In this document: positions 34,851-48,300 of the stretch, in pieces
Position numbering within the stretch: position 1 is the stretch's first letter
Layout: each line of letters begins with the position of its first letter
Assembly: GCF_001194135.2 (NCBI RefSeq)
Contig: NC_068982.1
Span: forward strand, 45,135,818-45,199,817
Origin: Octopus bimaculoides
Lineage: Eukaryota
Length of the DNA stretch: 64,000 bases
Direction of reading: 5' to 3'
Translations under genes and position numbers: made by a program
Notes under the pieces: model-generated
Database searches by the model: none
What the model saw: the letters and a program-made list of their open reading frames with translations, nothing else
What the model was told of the DNA's origin: nothing

Positions 34851-37800
34851 TTGATCCCTTCTTCGGTCTCTCTCTTTCATAGTTTCCCTTCGTTTGTTTC
34901 GTTTTATCTAACTATCATTCTTCATATACATCACAAGTACATATCAACGCAGTTTTCTCTCCAGTTCATTGCAGCTGATACTTCTAACGATCCAGCTTTT
35001 ATCCCAGCATACATGCGATCCGCTGTTCCTCACTCCTGAAATCACGTATCCAGCAGAGTACGCTCGCATAATTTCTTTGCCGCCTTCACATCTCCATATT
35101 TTGCTCTCATATCTTGCTACCATACGATACCCGTACTTCGCACACAAGCATTTGCATTCGTAGAAAGAACTGTTGTCAACAGCGGTAACAACTTCCTGAA
35201 TATTATCGACCCCACTCTCACTACAATGCTTTTGCAAACACCCACATCTACAAGGGATAAAATTGCCAAATAATTCTAACGAGTTTTCTAAACAATTGAA
35301 TCTTCATTACTGCTAGCAACCCATGTGCATATATGACATATGAAGTCCTTCACCGAGTTCCCACGACACGGTTTGAACTGTTTGCATTTAGTATACCGTA
35401 TATGTTCTCTCCTTATTTCTTTTCTCTATGTCGAACAAGTTCACCTCTTTGTTTATCAATGTTTCAAACCTTTCTCCTTTTCGTTTCCAAATCTCAAAAA
35501 CTAACCAAAACGTAGAAATCGTGGAGAGTTATTTCCCTTACATTCAGAAATTCGGTTCGCAATCATGAGGCTCTTAGTTCGATCCCATTGGTTTACATCT
35601 TAGACAAATGTCTTTTACTCTGTGGAATGTGGCTTACATAGTCATCTGTATGAGGTGTCTGGTTATCACATCTCTGATTTCACACACAGTCTCTCTCACA
35701 CAACACATACGGTCGAAGTTGTCTCAGTCATGACCATGATCATTGTTTTATCAATGAGTTTCAAAATGCAGACGACTCTTTAGCTCAGTTAATGATTTGT
35801 AGCATTTACAGTAAATATTATATAAATATCTCTTCTTGTGGCTGTGTGGTAAGAAGCCTGTTTTCCAACCACATGGTTTCGGGCTCAGTTCCACTGTATG
35901 ATAGCTTGGGTAAGTGTCTTATACTATAGCCTCAAGCCAACCAAAGCCTTGTTAGTGGATTTGGTTGTCAGAAACTGAAAGAAGCCTGTTGTGTGTGTGT
36001 ATATATATATATTGTCTGAAAGAAGCAGCACACTCTATAGCTTAACACACACATATATATATATATATCTGTGTGCGTGTATTTGGCTGTTTGTCCCCCA
36101 CCACTGCTTGACAACTGGTGTTGGTGTGTTTACGTTCCGATAGCTTAGTAGTTCGGGAAATGAATGAAACATGTAAAAGGCAAAAGTATTGAACAAACGT
36201 ACGTCTCTTCAGATTATCAATCGAAAGACATTTGTTATATGATTAGTAGACATGCTTTTTTTTAGGTGATATCTGTTAGTGCTTACTTTACTACATCTAA
36301 TCTTGACTGTTAAACAAGACCAGCCTTAATAAGACAAGTTAAACATCTGAAGAGTTTATTAATATCTGGGAGGAATTCTTTCCATGTATATTGTTTCAAC
36401 TTACTTTTTTGTTTCATGTGATTCTCTTCAAAATGTTTGGATACAAAATATTTCTCTGTGATGTCCTAAAAATTGCACCCCCCCCCATATTACATCAGAT
36501 TTAAGACTGTTTTTGTCTTAAATTTGGTCTGTGAGGGAATTTTCCTAGAATATAGTTCTTCAGAGAATAATCACTGGAATTCTTTCATCATCCATATGAA
36601 CAGCAAGGCCTGACCACCCCAAGCTTACCATGTTGCAGGACAACTTCTAAGCTAATAATTTCATAACACTTGATAATTTTTAAATCTTACCACCACTCTC
36701 ATAATCTCTCCAAGATAAATGCAAAATTTGTCAAAAGCACTTTGGCTGTAAGTGTTCCAACTGTTTATCATGTTCTGAAAATAGATATTTTAGGCCGATC
36801 CAATGCCTTAGCCTTGCCACCACCCGTAGTAATGCCACGAGTTTCTTCACTAGCTCCAATAGGTTCCATTGAGCTTTGTGGTGTACTTAACGGTTGAAGT
36901 GATACTAATCTTTTTATTTCTGCTCATGATTGTGTTTTCTTTGGTTTGGGATTTGTATTTTGATGTGGAATAAAGGACCTCTTCAGTCATAAATGACCAT
37001 GGGATTGCACCTTGAAAATTTCCCCGAGGCACAAATCCAGACAAAGTTGTTTATAAAAGACCAGAAGACACCCATGCATACCAGCCTCCCCTCTCCACAT
37101 AACAATTGATGTTATCCAAGGGAAAGGCAAAGACCGATACAACTTGAGACCAGTGACGTTATAACTCATTTCTACAGCTGAGTGAATTGGAGCAAGGTGA
37201 AATAAAGTGTCTTGTTCAAGAATACAACACACAGTTCGGTCCAAGAATTAAACTCATTACCTCATGATTGTGAGCCTAATGCTCTCACCACTGAGCCATG
37301 CACCTTTATGTAATTATATATACATTGTAACAATTGTGTAAAATAAAATTACTAAATTTAGGTGAAATAACTATTCTGAAGTATCATTTTGTTTCTTCAA
37401 TATATGGATCATTGCAAACATGTTTGTGTGATTAAGATGTTTGCTTTCCCAATGACATGGTTCCAGGTTCAACCTCACAGAATGGTACCTTAGCTGTCTT
37501 CTACTATAACCTTAGGGCTGAACAAAGTATTGCGAGTGGATCTGATAGATGAAAACTGAAAGGTGTCCATCATGCATCTGTGTGTATGTCCTTGTCTTGG
37601 CATTATGTGATAGTCGTAAACAAGCCTCACTATCATGCAAATAACATTGTTTGATTCTAATCTTCCATGAAAACATACCTGGTCAGAGAAAAATCTTTAT
37701 CTTGCTTGGAAACAGGCAAGGATTGGTGAAGGGAAGGTCATCCAGTGGTAAGAAAACCTGCTTCTATGGGTCAGAGGGAGCTCTGACCCATAATAAGCAT

Positions 37801-38819
37801 GGAAAAGTGGACGTTAAAACAATGATGTTGATATCAATGACTTCTGAATCTTATTTGCATTTTTATCATCAAAATGATTTGTAACCCTGTTCAACATGAT
37901 GCCAAGGTCAGTTATGATCTACTTAGATGGACATACATAGTCTTAGATATAGCTACTTATACATTTCTTAGAGAAAAACATAACTAGACCTGAACGTTTA
38001 TTTGTTACTATCTATATACTGCCACACTATCAAATACATACTTATAGCATAGGTGCATGCATGGCAAGAAGCTTGCTTCCTAACCACATGGTTCTGGGTT
38101 CAGTCCCACTGTGTGGTACCTTGGACACGTGTCTTCTACAATAGCCTCGGGCTGACCAAAGCCTTGTGAGCGGATTTGGTAGATGGAAACTGAAAAAAAG
38201 CCCATCATGTGTGCGTGTGTTGTCTCTGCTCCACCCCTGCCGTCATCGCTTGACAACTGATGCTGGTGTGTTTATGTTCCCGTAACATATGGGTTTGGCA
38301 AATGAGACTGATAGAATAAATACTAGGCTTACAAAGAATAAGTCATGGGGTTGATTTCTTTGACTAAAACACTTTAAGGCAGTGCTCCAGCATGGCCACC
38401 ACATCTAAATGACTGAAACAAGTAAAAGAATACTAGGATTACTACACCCCTCCCCCTGTGAGACCATAGAATCTCTTCATACCAATAATTACAAATACCT
38501 TCACACCTACATGCATTCATCAAAATACATATATTCTTTGTGTACCAATATTAATACAATCATGTACATGTACACACCCACTCATATTTATATTCTTTTA
38601 TTTGTTTCAGTCATTTGCTGGAGCACCACCTTAAAGGGTTTTTTTTAGTCTAAGAAATCAACCCCAGGCCTTACTCTTTGTAAGCCTGGTACTTATTCTA
38701 TTAGTCCCTTTGGCCGAACCACTAAGTTACAGGGACATAAACACACCAGCATGGCGACAAACACAGACACATAAATACATACATATATGCACGAACACAC
38801 ACACGTATGTGTGTGCATG

Positions 38820-39300
38820 ATTATAAATTCCAAATTTTGGTACAAGGTCAGAGGTTTTGCAGGAAGGATTAAGTCAATTACATCAACCCCAGCATTCAAC
38901 TGGTACTTATTTTACTGACCCCCTAAAAGATGGAAGGCAAAGTTGACCTTGGCAGAAATTGAACTCAAAACGTGAGATGGATGAAATGTTGTTATACTTG
39001 CTTATAAGATTATACATTGGGTTTTTAATGTTATAAGTATTAATTATGCCTTTCGCTTACTGAATTATTTTGAATATTAATTGGACTCTAAAGTGGTGAG
39101 CTGGCAGAAATGTTAGCATGGTGGGCAAAATGCTTAGCAGTATTTCATCTGTCTTTACGTTGTAAGTTCAAATTCTGCAGAGGTTGACCTTGCCTTTCAT
39201 CCTTTCGGCATTGATAAATTAAGTACCAGTTGTGTACTGAGGTCAATCTAATCAACTGACCCCGCTCCCCCAAAATTTCAGGCCTTGTGCCTAGAGTAGA
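38820..39300. mobile_element. Head-to-head inverted pair of CORE-type SINEs
   Basis: Minus copy at 38820-39000 and plus copy at 39090-39300 (gtggtgagctggcagaa...gcctttcatcctttcgg...ttaagtaccag). Confidence 0.8.
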
Positions 39301-40440
39301 AAAAAAATTTTAACTGGACTCTATCCAAATGGCCAAAACCCACTTCTTTCTATGGCACACACAAACTTATCAAAACGTACAAAGAGAACATCTATGATTA
39401 TGACTACACAGTAGCTGATATCGAAATTACAATCCTTCAGTGGTTTGCTCTTCAGTCTATCACTTTGGAAGTGTTTTACTGCAAGCATAGAAAAGTGGAT
39501 GTTAAAATAATGGTGATGAAGATAATGTAAATTACAATTTCCACTCCTTTCTGGAAAATTATAGTATGGAAAAACTCCCAAGTCTCAGAAATTTGTATAG
39601 GGGTGGCTGTGTAGTAAGAAGCTTGCTTCCCAACCATATGGTTCCAGGTTCAGTCCTACAGCATGGCACCTTGGGCAAGTGTCTTCTACTATATCTTCAG
39701 GCCAGCCAAAGCCTTGTGAGTGGGATTTGGTAGATGGAAATTGTAAGAAACCAAACATGTGTACCATCACCATCATTATTTAATGTCTGTTTTCTATGCT
39801 GGTATGGGTTGGAGTTGACAGGAGCTGGCCAGGCTCCTTATTTGTTTTTGGCATGGTTTCTACAACTGGAAGCCCTTTCTAATGCCAACTACTTTACAGA
39901 CTGCATTTTATGTGACGCCAACACCCACGAGCCTGCAAGATTAGGAATGCAGGGCACAAGCCTGTATGCAAGGACGCTTTCACTTAGCTTGGCATGCTTT
40001 CTCAAGCACAGCAAACCACCAGGAGTCTACGTCTCCTGTCATCTCCATATATATATCTCTTGTTTATATATATTCATATCTTCCTTCTATATAAGTTAGT
40101 ATTTGTTACCTTGTTATAAAACAATTTTGAGGTTCTAACACTCTATAGGCAACATGTTAACTCATAAACCATTTGGTTGTAGACTACTTGCAAATCCATA
40201 TAAACTTCTAAATTTTCTATCTCATAATTTCACCAACATGCTCTCACCATATTCCTCTATCCCAACATTTTCTTCAATGTTATTTTGTCTTCTAGCAGAA
40301 AAAAGACTACTTTGAAAAAAAGTTCAACCTGAAACAATATAATCCACTTCCTTGAGCAAAGGAGTATATTTCATTTTGTAAACTTTCTTCAACTGAAGTT
40401 TTCAGGCACAAACTGATGCCCCCAAATTCTCTTGATATAC

Positions 40441-40657
40441 ACAGGGTTGGCCATAAGTAAATCAAAATTCCATAAATACTATCTGTAATTCTGTTTTGAC
40501 TCGAATGGAAAATGTGTTGCTCAAGGACTTCAGTTTGAACACTTTTCATGATGTTTCATATTTTGATGCTTTTATTAAATTCATTCAGTTGTTAAACATA
40601 AATAAATCTTGGAATTAAATAGTTTTGATTTACTGTCAGGTGAATTTTGGCCAACCA
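40441..40657. mobile_element. Tc1/mariner-like MITE
   Basis: Inverted ends (cag)ggttggcca / tggccaacc with TA-rich flanks. Confidence 0.4.
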
Positions 40658-40677
40658 TATATATATATATATATATA

Positions 40678-41478
40678 TCATCATCATCGTCGTTTAACGT
40701 CTGCTTTCCATGCTAGCATGGGTTGGACGATTTGACTGAGGACTGGTGCAACCAGNNNNNNNNNNNNNNNNNNNNNNNNNNNNNNNNNNNNNNNNNNNNN
40801 NNNNNNNNNNNNNNNNNNNNNNNNNNNNNNNNNNNNNNNNNNNNNNNNNNNNNNNNNNNNNNNNNNNNNNNNNNNNNNNNNNNNNNNNNNNNNNNNNNNN
40901 NNNNNNNNNNNNNNNNNNNNNNNNNNNNNNNNNNNNNNNNNNNNNNNNNNNNNNNNNNNNNNNNNNNNNNNNNNNNNNNNNNNNNNNNNNNNNNNNNNNN
41001 NNNNNNNNNNNNNNNNNNNNNNNNNNNNNNNNNNNNNNNNNNNNNNNNNNNNNNNNNNNNNNNNNNNNNNNNNNNNNNNNNNNNNNNNNNNNNNNNNNNN
41101 NNNNNNNNNNNNNNNNNNNNNNNNNNNNNNNNNNNNNNNNNNNNNNNNNNNNNNNNNNNNNNNNNNNNNNNNNNNNNNNNNNNNNNNNNNNNNNNNNNNN
41201 NNNTTCCTAACGCCAACCACTCAGAGAGTGTAGTGGGTGCTTTTACGTGTCACCCGCACGAAAACGGCCACGCTCGAAATGGTGTCTTTTATGTGCCACC
41301 CGCACAAGCCAGTCCAGGGGCACTGGCAACGATCTCGCTCGAAAATCCTACAGGAGCCAGTCAGGCGGTACTGGCAACGGCCACGCTCAAAATGGTGCAT
41401 CTCATGTGCCACCCGCACAAGAACCAGTCCAGGGGCACTGGCAACGATCTTACTTGGCTTGCCGGGTCTTCTCACGCA
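40678..41478 (-). mobile_element. SINE-like family D young copy spanning an assembly gap
   Basis: Near-identical to 13045-13465 on both sides of the N gap 40756-41203. Confidence 0.8.
40756..41203. other. Assembly gap (other gaps: 43332-43900, 48223-48680, 60644-60653)
   Basis: Runs of N. Confidence 1.
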
Positions 41479-41613
41479 CATATATATATAATTATTTGGA
41501 CTTTTGTATGCCAATTAAAGCACATTCACCATTTAGGCTACCTGATGTCATCCACAGTCATGGTATAATTTTCACAGGATCTATATCAGGAACTCCACAG
41601 TGTTCATTTGGCT

Positions 41614-41854
41614 TATAATTGATAAAAGAAATGGAAGAGGGAATTGATATGAATTTTCATTCAACGCGATGATCATTTCAACCCATCCTGCAGATGTTCC
41701 TTACAGGTAAGATATTGAGCATCTAGTTGTACAACACAACTAGATGCACAATATCCTACCTGTAAAAGACAGCAGCAGGATGGGTCGAAATGACTGTTGA
41801 GTTGAATAAAGATTTATACCAAATCCATCTTCCATTCCCTTCATCAATTTTATA
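41614..41854. repeat. ~240-bp imperfect fold-back (long hairpin)
   Basis: Inner 30-bp stem ttacaggtaagatattgagcatctagttgt / acaactagatgcacaatatcctacctgtaa (2 mismatches, loop acaac). Outer arms continue through catttcaacccatcctgc / gcaggatgggtcgaaatg and gaaatggaaga / tcttccattc. Confidence 0.85.
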
Positions 41855-44800
41855 TAATATCTTCAACGAAAAATAAGTTAATTACCAACCTGGTTTACTA
41901 ATTGAACATCAACAACACTTCAAAAAGAATAGTTCTCATCTTAAATTGGTAACCATGTCAAACAATTCTCTGCAAGAATTAAAAATACTTTCTCCCATGT
42001 TTGTGTGAAAACCACTCAAAAGAAAAATACAATAGGAATTAGTGTATTATGACAAAAAAAAAAAATAAATAAATAAATAAACCATATTCAAAATACATGT
42101 AATTTTTATTTACTTATAAATTTATTTTAATTGCATGTCCTAATTTGAAATATAATTACTCAGCTAAATTAAACATAAAAAGGTTATAGCCATTAAAAAA
42201 AAAAAAAATTGTATCGTAGGAAAAAAAAAAGTTAAAAATATAATTTAATTATGAATACCACTCCAATTAATACAAATCAATTTTCAAGATTCCTTATCAT
42301 AACCCCCCTCCCAAACACTGCAATTTAAAATGCATTATTTTCATAGGCAACTGGCATGGTGTTCAAGTTGCTAAGTTCAGAGTTCAGGCATTAAGAAGGC
42401 TTTAAATGTATTTTCAAGCCAATATCAACACATCAGATCAGCAGTAGAACAGAGCAAATGTTGTAGTGTATACATGTTACAACATGTATGTAAGCATATG
42501 TGTATATATGCATTTTAACACACATTCAGAAATAACTATGAATAAATAAATAAATAAATAAATCTCATGTAATAATGGTGTGAGTCGAGGACTAATTTTT
42601 TTTTCTTTTTCTCCTTTTAATCTTTGAAAATTCTGCAGATGTGTTCGCATGAAGTAGAATGAATGGGAGTAAATATGTTTTATGGTACGAATTTTCAGAT
42701 CCTATCTACTACAAACATACAAACTTAGCACACACACACACACACATACATATCTACATGCATGCAAATGTACATATACATTCTATATATATATATATAT
42801 TCAAATATATATACACATATATATATGCATACATATATACACACATAAGAACATACACATAAACACACACACACACACACTATCGTTGTTATTCAAATTT
42901 CAGTTTGTTCCTTTGTAAGAAACCATATCCTTCCTTGTAGGAAAAATTCTAATAAGAACAATGAATAGACATGCATATTCACATACATGCATGTATGCAC
43001 ACACACACAGAGACTTTTTCTGTGATTTCAACTCTTGAATTAGCATGTGAAGTGGTTGAGTACTCCACAGATACATGTACCCTTAAAGTTACTCACAGTT
43101 TGAGTCAGCATAACACAGTGTGATAAGACTAGACCTTCGAATTACAAGTATGATAAATCCAACTGGGTTCTCTGTGCCCAGCTTCACTCAGAGCTTGTGT
43201 TAACATGAAATGAAGGTAAAGATACCTGCCCAAGATATCACACAGTGGGATCAAACCAGGAACCTCATTGTTATGAAAAACTTCTTAATCACATATCTAT
43301 GTCTATATCCATATATATATATATATATATANNNNNNNNNNNNNNNNNNNNNNNNNNNNNNNNNNNNNNNNNNNNNNNNNNNNNNNNNNNNNNNNNNNNN
43401 NNNNNNNNNNNNNNNNNNNNNNNNNNNNNNNNNNNNNNNNNNNNNNNNNNNNNNNNNNNNNNNNNNNNNNNNNNNNNNNNNNNNNNNNNNNNNNNNNNNN
43501 NNNNNNNNNNNNNNNNNNNNNNNNNNNNNNNNNNNNNNNNNNNNNNNNNNNNNNNNNNNNNNNNNNNNNNNNNNNNNNNNNNNNNNNNNNNNNNNNNNNN
43601 NNNNNNNNNNNNNNNNNNNNNNNNNNNNNNNNNNNNNNNNNNNNNNNNNNNNNNNNNNNNNNNNNNNNNNNNNNNNNNNNNNNNNNNNNNNNNNNNNNNN
43701 NNNNNNNNNNNNNNNNNNNNNNNNNNNNNNNNNNNNNNNNNNNNNNNNNNNNNNNNNNNNNNNNNNNNNNNNNNNNNNNNNNNNNNNNNNNNNNNNNNNN
43801 NNNNNNNNNNNNNNNNNNNNNNNNNNNNNNNNNNNNNNNNNNNNNNNNNNNNNNNNNNNNNNNNNNNNNNNNNNNNNNNNNNNNNNNNNNNNNNNNNNNN
43901 ACATTTTTAACTGTAAGACTAAAAAAGAAAAAAAAAAACAAATTGAAGCCAAATAAAAAGAAAAGACTATTTTTATTTTATTTTAAACCAGTCCATATTG
44001 TCTTGCGTCATCATCGTCAATTCTGTTTGCTTTTAAATGCTTTTTTTTTTCATACATTTTTCATATTCTGGGAATTTTAATAGCATGATAAGCAGTTTTG
44101 TCTGAATTGTGTAACTTGATTTTTATTCTCAGTATTGCTTATTATAATAATCAATCATAAGAATCTGTTTTGGACAGAGCATGTGTTGTGCACAGGTAAA
44201 TGTAAAACAAGTTCGTTTGTTTTGGTTTGGCTTGGTACTTATTTTATGAAGCATCAATCAATCCCTTTTCTTCAGTTTTATATGACTGTCAAAGAAATTT
44301 CATTTTATATGCAACCTAATGAAATAGGAGATGAATTTTGAATAGCAATCTTTAAATAAAAAACCAAAACAAAAAAATCTTAAAATGATAGTTTTTATCA
44401 TGAAGGTTAAAAAAAAAATGTAAAAAATATTTCAAGGAAAATTATCTGTTATTCATTTTAAAAATAAAATTTAAATAAAAAGAAATATTTTAAATACATT
44501 AGAAATCTTCCCCAGAGAGATAAAAAAAAACAAAAACAATTCATCTGAATAATGTTGTGGGATTGTGTAGCCGCCCATAGAATAAACACCAAACCTCTGA
44601 AGTCTCGTCTTTCTTTAGAGTCACATAATTCATATTTCATTGGGGTGATTAGAATTGGTTGTGCAGGTAACTTGGTAGTAACCTACTGAGTGGTAGACTA
44701 CTTGTCTGTTATCTCACTAAAACCTGAGTGAGTGACAAGTAAGTCTTTGTAGATGTCAGGGCCATGTGTATCAGGACATTGGACAAATTTACTGCTTATG

Positions 44801-45173
44801 CTGTGCCTGCTAGACAGCAGTAGTTATTGTTGTCTGATGTCTCGGTGTCATCACAGTCAATTTGCATTGTATGTTGTGTTTGAAGTGGTGGAAAGCGGTC
44901 CACAGTCATCAGTTAAGAATAGCTGATATTTTACGATGTCATTTTAATTGCTCACTGTTATCTTGGAGGGGAACAGTAGTAGTCAAGTACTAGAGTCAAT
45001 GTCATCAGTACAGTTATGTCTTTAATAGTCCTATTAAATTGGCAGTAAAGAGAATTTGCAGACCATGACAAGTCTGCCTCTAGCACAATAAAACAGCCCA
45101 AATAGAAAATATAGACCGTTATACTTATGAGCACTGCTTAAACTGGCATTTGATACCAGTGTAGAAAACTGGT

Positions 45174-45364
45174 TCAGAATTGAAATCCATCCATTGGTAC
45201 ATCCTGACCAGCAATAAATTGGAATTGCTGAGCACTTTCATCAGTTGGAGGAACAATACTTTTATCCTCTTCTTCAGTGCCAAAGTAGCGTTCAATTATA
45301 CCAAAAGCTTTTTGATAAATCTCTCGGTTTTCATGACTTTGCAGAAATTCGATCTTGTCCAGAC
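45174..45364 (-). CDS. KPNA1: Importin-alpha terminal coding exon
   Basis: ttctatag|GT CTG; [29 protein letters not shown]...MDGFQF*. Confidence 0.97.
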
Positions 45365-48300
45365 CTATAGAAAATGAAAAGATCAAATTGAAAACAAATT
45401 ATTAAATATAAAGTTATATCTAACATATTCTGACAAGGTTGTAAACCATTGATACATGTATTTATGCATAATGATTCTCAAAGGCACATAAATTAACAAA
45501 TGGCTACAATGTTTGAGCAATTTCTATCCAGATTCATTATATTGTCTTGCTCAGATTGTTTAATAAGTTTATATGCCTTTGAAGAGTATTACTGATGCAC
45601 TTCAATTTTCTTTAGCATCTTTGTAGGTTTTTTTTCTCCCTTTGTTTTTCTTTCATTACAAAAGTTTTCATTCAACAACTCAAACAATAACATTGAATAA
45701 CACATTTTTTTTCTGTCTTTAGTCAGTAAATGTTATTTCCTGTTTGCTTCTATCTAGAAATCAAACGAAATGATTACTATCCCCTTCAAACTTTGCTTTT
45801 GTGACCTGGACATCAATATTTTGAAACTGACCTAATTTTCCATTACATTTCAGACAGATTCAGTGCTGAGTTGCTGAAGCAGAAATATCATCATGAGAAA
45901 TGTTCTGCTCAATATCACAGATTTGCTTGTCAGTTGCTTGACCATAACCACTTGAGTATGTTTCTTAGTGGCTGACAGTATGTGCATCTCTGATCATGAG
46001 CAGTGGAGAAACATCATAGCCATGAGTTGAGGATTCTTTGGGGTTTGAATAAATGTAACAAAAGCAAAGTTTAAAGAAAATATTAGTCATTTTTCATACT
46101 TTCTAGGAGTAAGCAAATAGCAAACTGTTGCTACCAAGGAAAAAAATCCTGTTACACAGTGTAATCACACTAAATAAATTTTCTTCTTTATTTCTCCTTC
46201 TTAATAATTTCCTCTAACTTACCAGCTCTTAATTAATCTCTACATTTAGATTACACTTATGCTAATTCAACATGCCTAGTTTGTTAAGTCTGAATGATTC
46301 AAGTTATTTGATAAAGCCATCTGGCTTATATAATTTCATACATCATAATCAATAGAACTAGAGTAAACATAGCAGAAAACTAAATAAATTGATGGAAAAC
46401 AATCTACTAACCATAACATTCTTCAATCATTATAGCGTAAGGATTTGTGTTGCCATGTAATTTAGCATCTTGTTCTCCAAGGCGTAAAATATTCTCTAGA
46501 CCATTGAGAGCAACATGAACAATTTTGCTATCCATAACAGTCAACAAGTTACATAAAGGAAGAATGCATCCCTGTTCCACAAGAAATCTGGGAATAAAAA
46601 AAAATATGAAAAGTTTAAAATTTAAAAAAAGATTTATCACGACATTCAACAGCTAAAATAAAAAAAAATTTAAAATGTAAAAATCATTTTTCTATTCTAA
46701 ACATCATGTAAGAAATGTGTTTTACCTAGAGTAAGAGTTTTGCTCTTATATTAACTGAAGACATTGGAACTTGGTAATCATATCTGAACTATGTGTAGAA
46801 AATATAGGCCTTGTACAAAGACTTTTGGATATTATTAAGTCACATAAGAAGGTGTAATGATAGAAACTGTAGAATGCCATGTTACATGTCTTACAGCTTT
46901 TCATTTTGTTCTGTGAACAAAATTACTTAGTTACGCTGTATTTATTTGCAGCTACATTCCACTACACTCAACTCATCTTTGTCATTCCACTTTTTGGGGC
47001 ATCAAACAAAGGACTAACAATAAAATTGACTAAAATCCATATAGGCTGGCTGTGTTTCAGTAAAGAGTAATTAAATAACTTTTTGTCAATGGGAGAACGA
47101 ACTGTTAAAAAGATTTTTGTCAAGTTCACTTAGTGATCCCTACCTGTCATGCATGCCACAGCTAGCACCTGATGAGCAGTAACTTTGACAAACTGCACAA
47201 TGGAGATGACAGACTAAGTTATGGTCTGATGACAATTTACATAACACAAGATAAGGATTTCTGTATAAGGTCTGGGTTTTTTTGTGTGCTATATTCTTTT
47301 GGCTGAAAGTTAAGTGCATTTTGGCTCACAATTGTAAGGTCATGAATTTGATCCCCAATGGCACATTGTGTTCTTGAGCAAGACCCTTTATTTCAAGTTG
47401 TTCCAGTGCACTCGGTTGGCAAAATTGAGCTGTACCTGTAGTTCAATATGCCAGCCATGTCACATTTGGTGTGTCATGCTGAGTCTCCCTGAGTACTACA
47501 TTAAGGGCATGCATGTCTATGGAGTGCTCAGCCACTTGCATATGGATTTCATGAGCAGGCTGTTCTGATGATTGTATCAGCTGGGATGCTCATCAGTGTA
47601 ACTGATGGAGTGCTCAGCCATATTTGTTTGGAATGAACTTTTCTGAGACCACCACATTTAGCCTGTTGATAATCTCTCACCACTGTTGTTTCTTTCAAAC
47701 TCATTGTGGGTGCTATTATCATTTGGACCTTGATTTTTAAGTGATTCAACCTGAAACCATGCAGTCAACAGGCAAAACTATCACACAACCGCATTTAAGT
47801 ATGTTTTTATAAGCTAAAAATTGAAATGCAAAAAATGGTATTTTACAAAATATATTTAATTATATCAGGCTGAGTAAAAATTAAGCAACGTTTTGAAACA
47901 TGAAATTCATCACAATATATTTCAACAATGCAGAAATTTTAAACAAAGTAAGTACCATTGCAATCAACACATTTTTGCCAATGAGTTACAAGTTTGTTTA
48001 TTCCGGTAACATAAAAATGGGAGTTCTGGAGCTGATGAATTCTTTGAATGCACTTTCAACATCGACTTGATTTTTGAACTCTTCTTCTCACAGGAAACCA
48101 TCAAGGTGCTTGAAAAAGTGGTAGTTAGTAGGAGAAAGGTCTAGGGAATAACTTTGTAGCCAAGTGCCCTCAACTTCTGGAACATCATTAGTGAAATGTG
48201 TGATTGAGCAGTCATGAAGAATNNNNNNNNNNNNNNNNNNNNNNNNNNNNNNNNNNNNNNNNNNNNNNNNNNNNNNNNNNNNNNNNNNNNNNNNNNNNNN

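Noticed and set aside
36600-36960. Protein-like short frames (MEPIGASEETRGITTGGG...)
   Set aside because: Interrupted by stops, no splice signals and no recognisable family.
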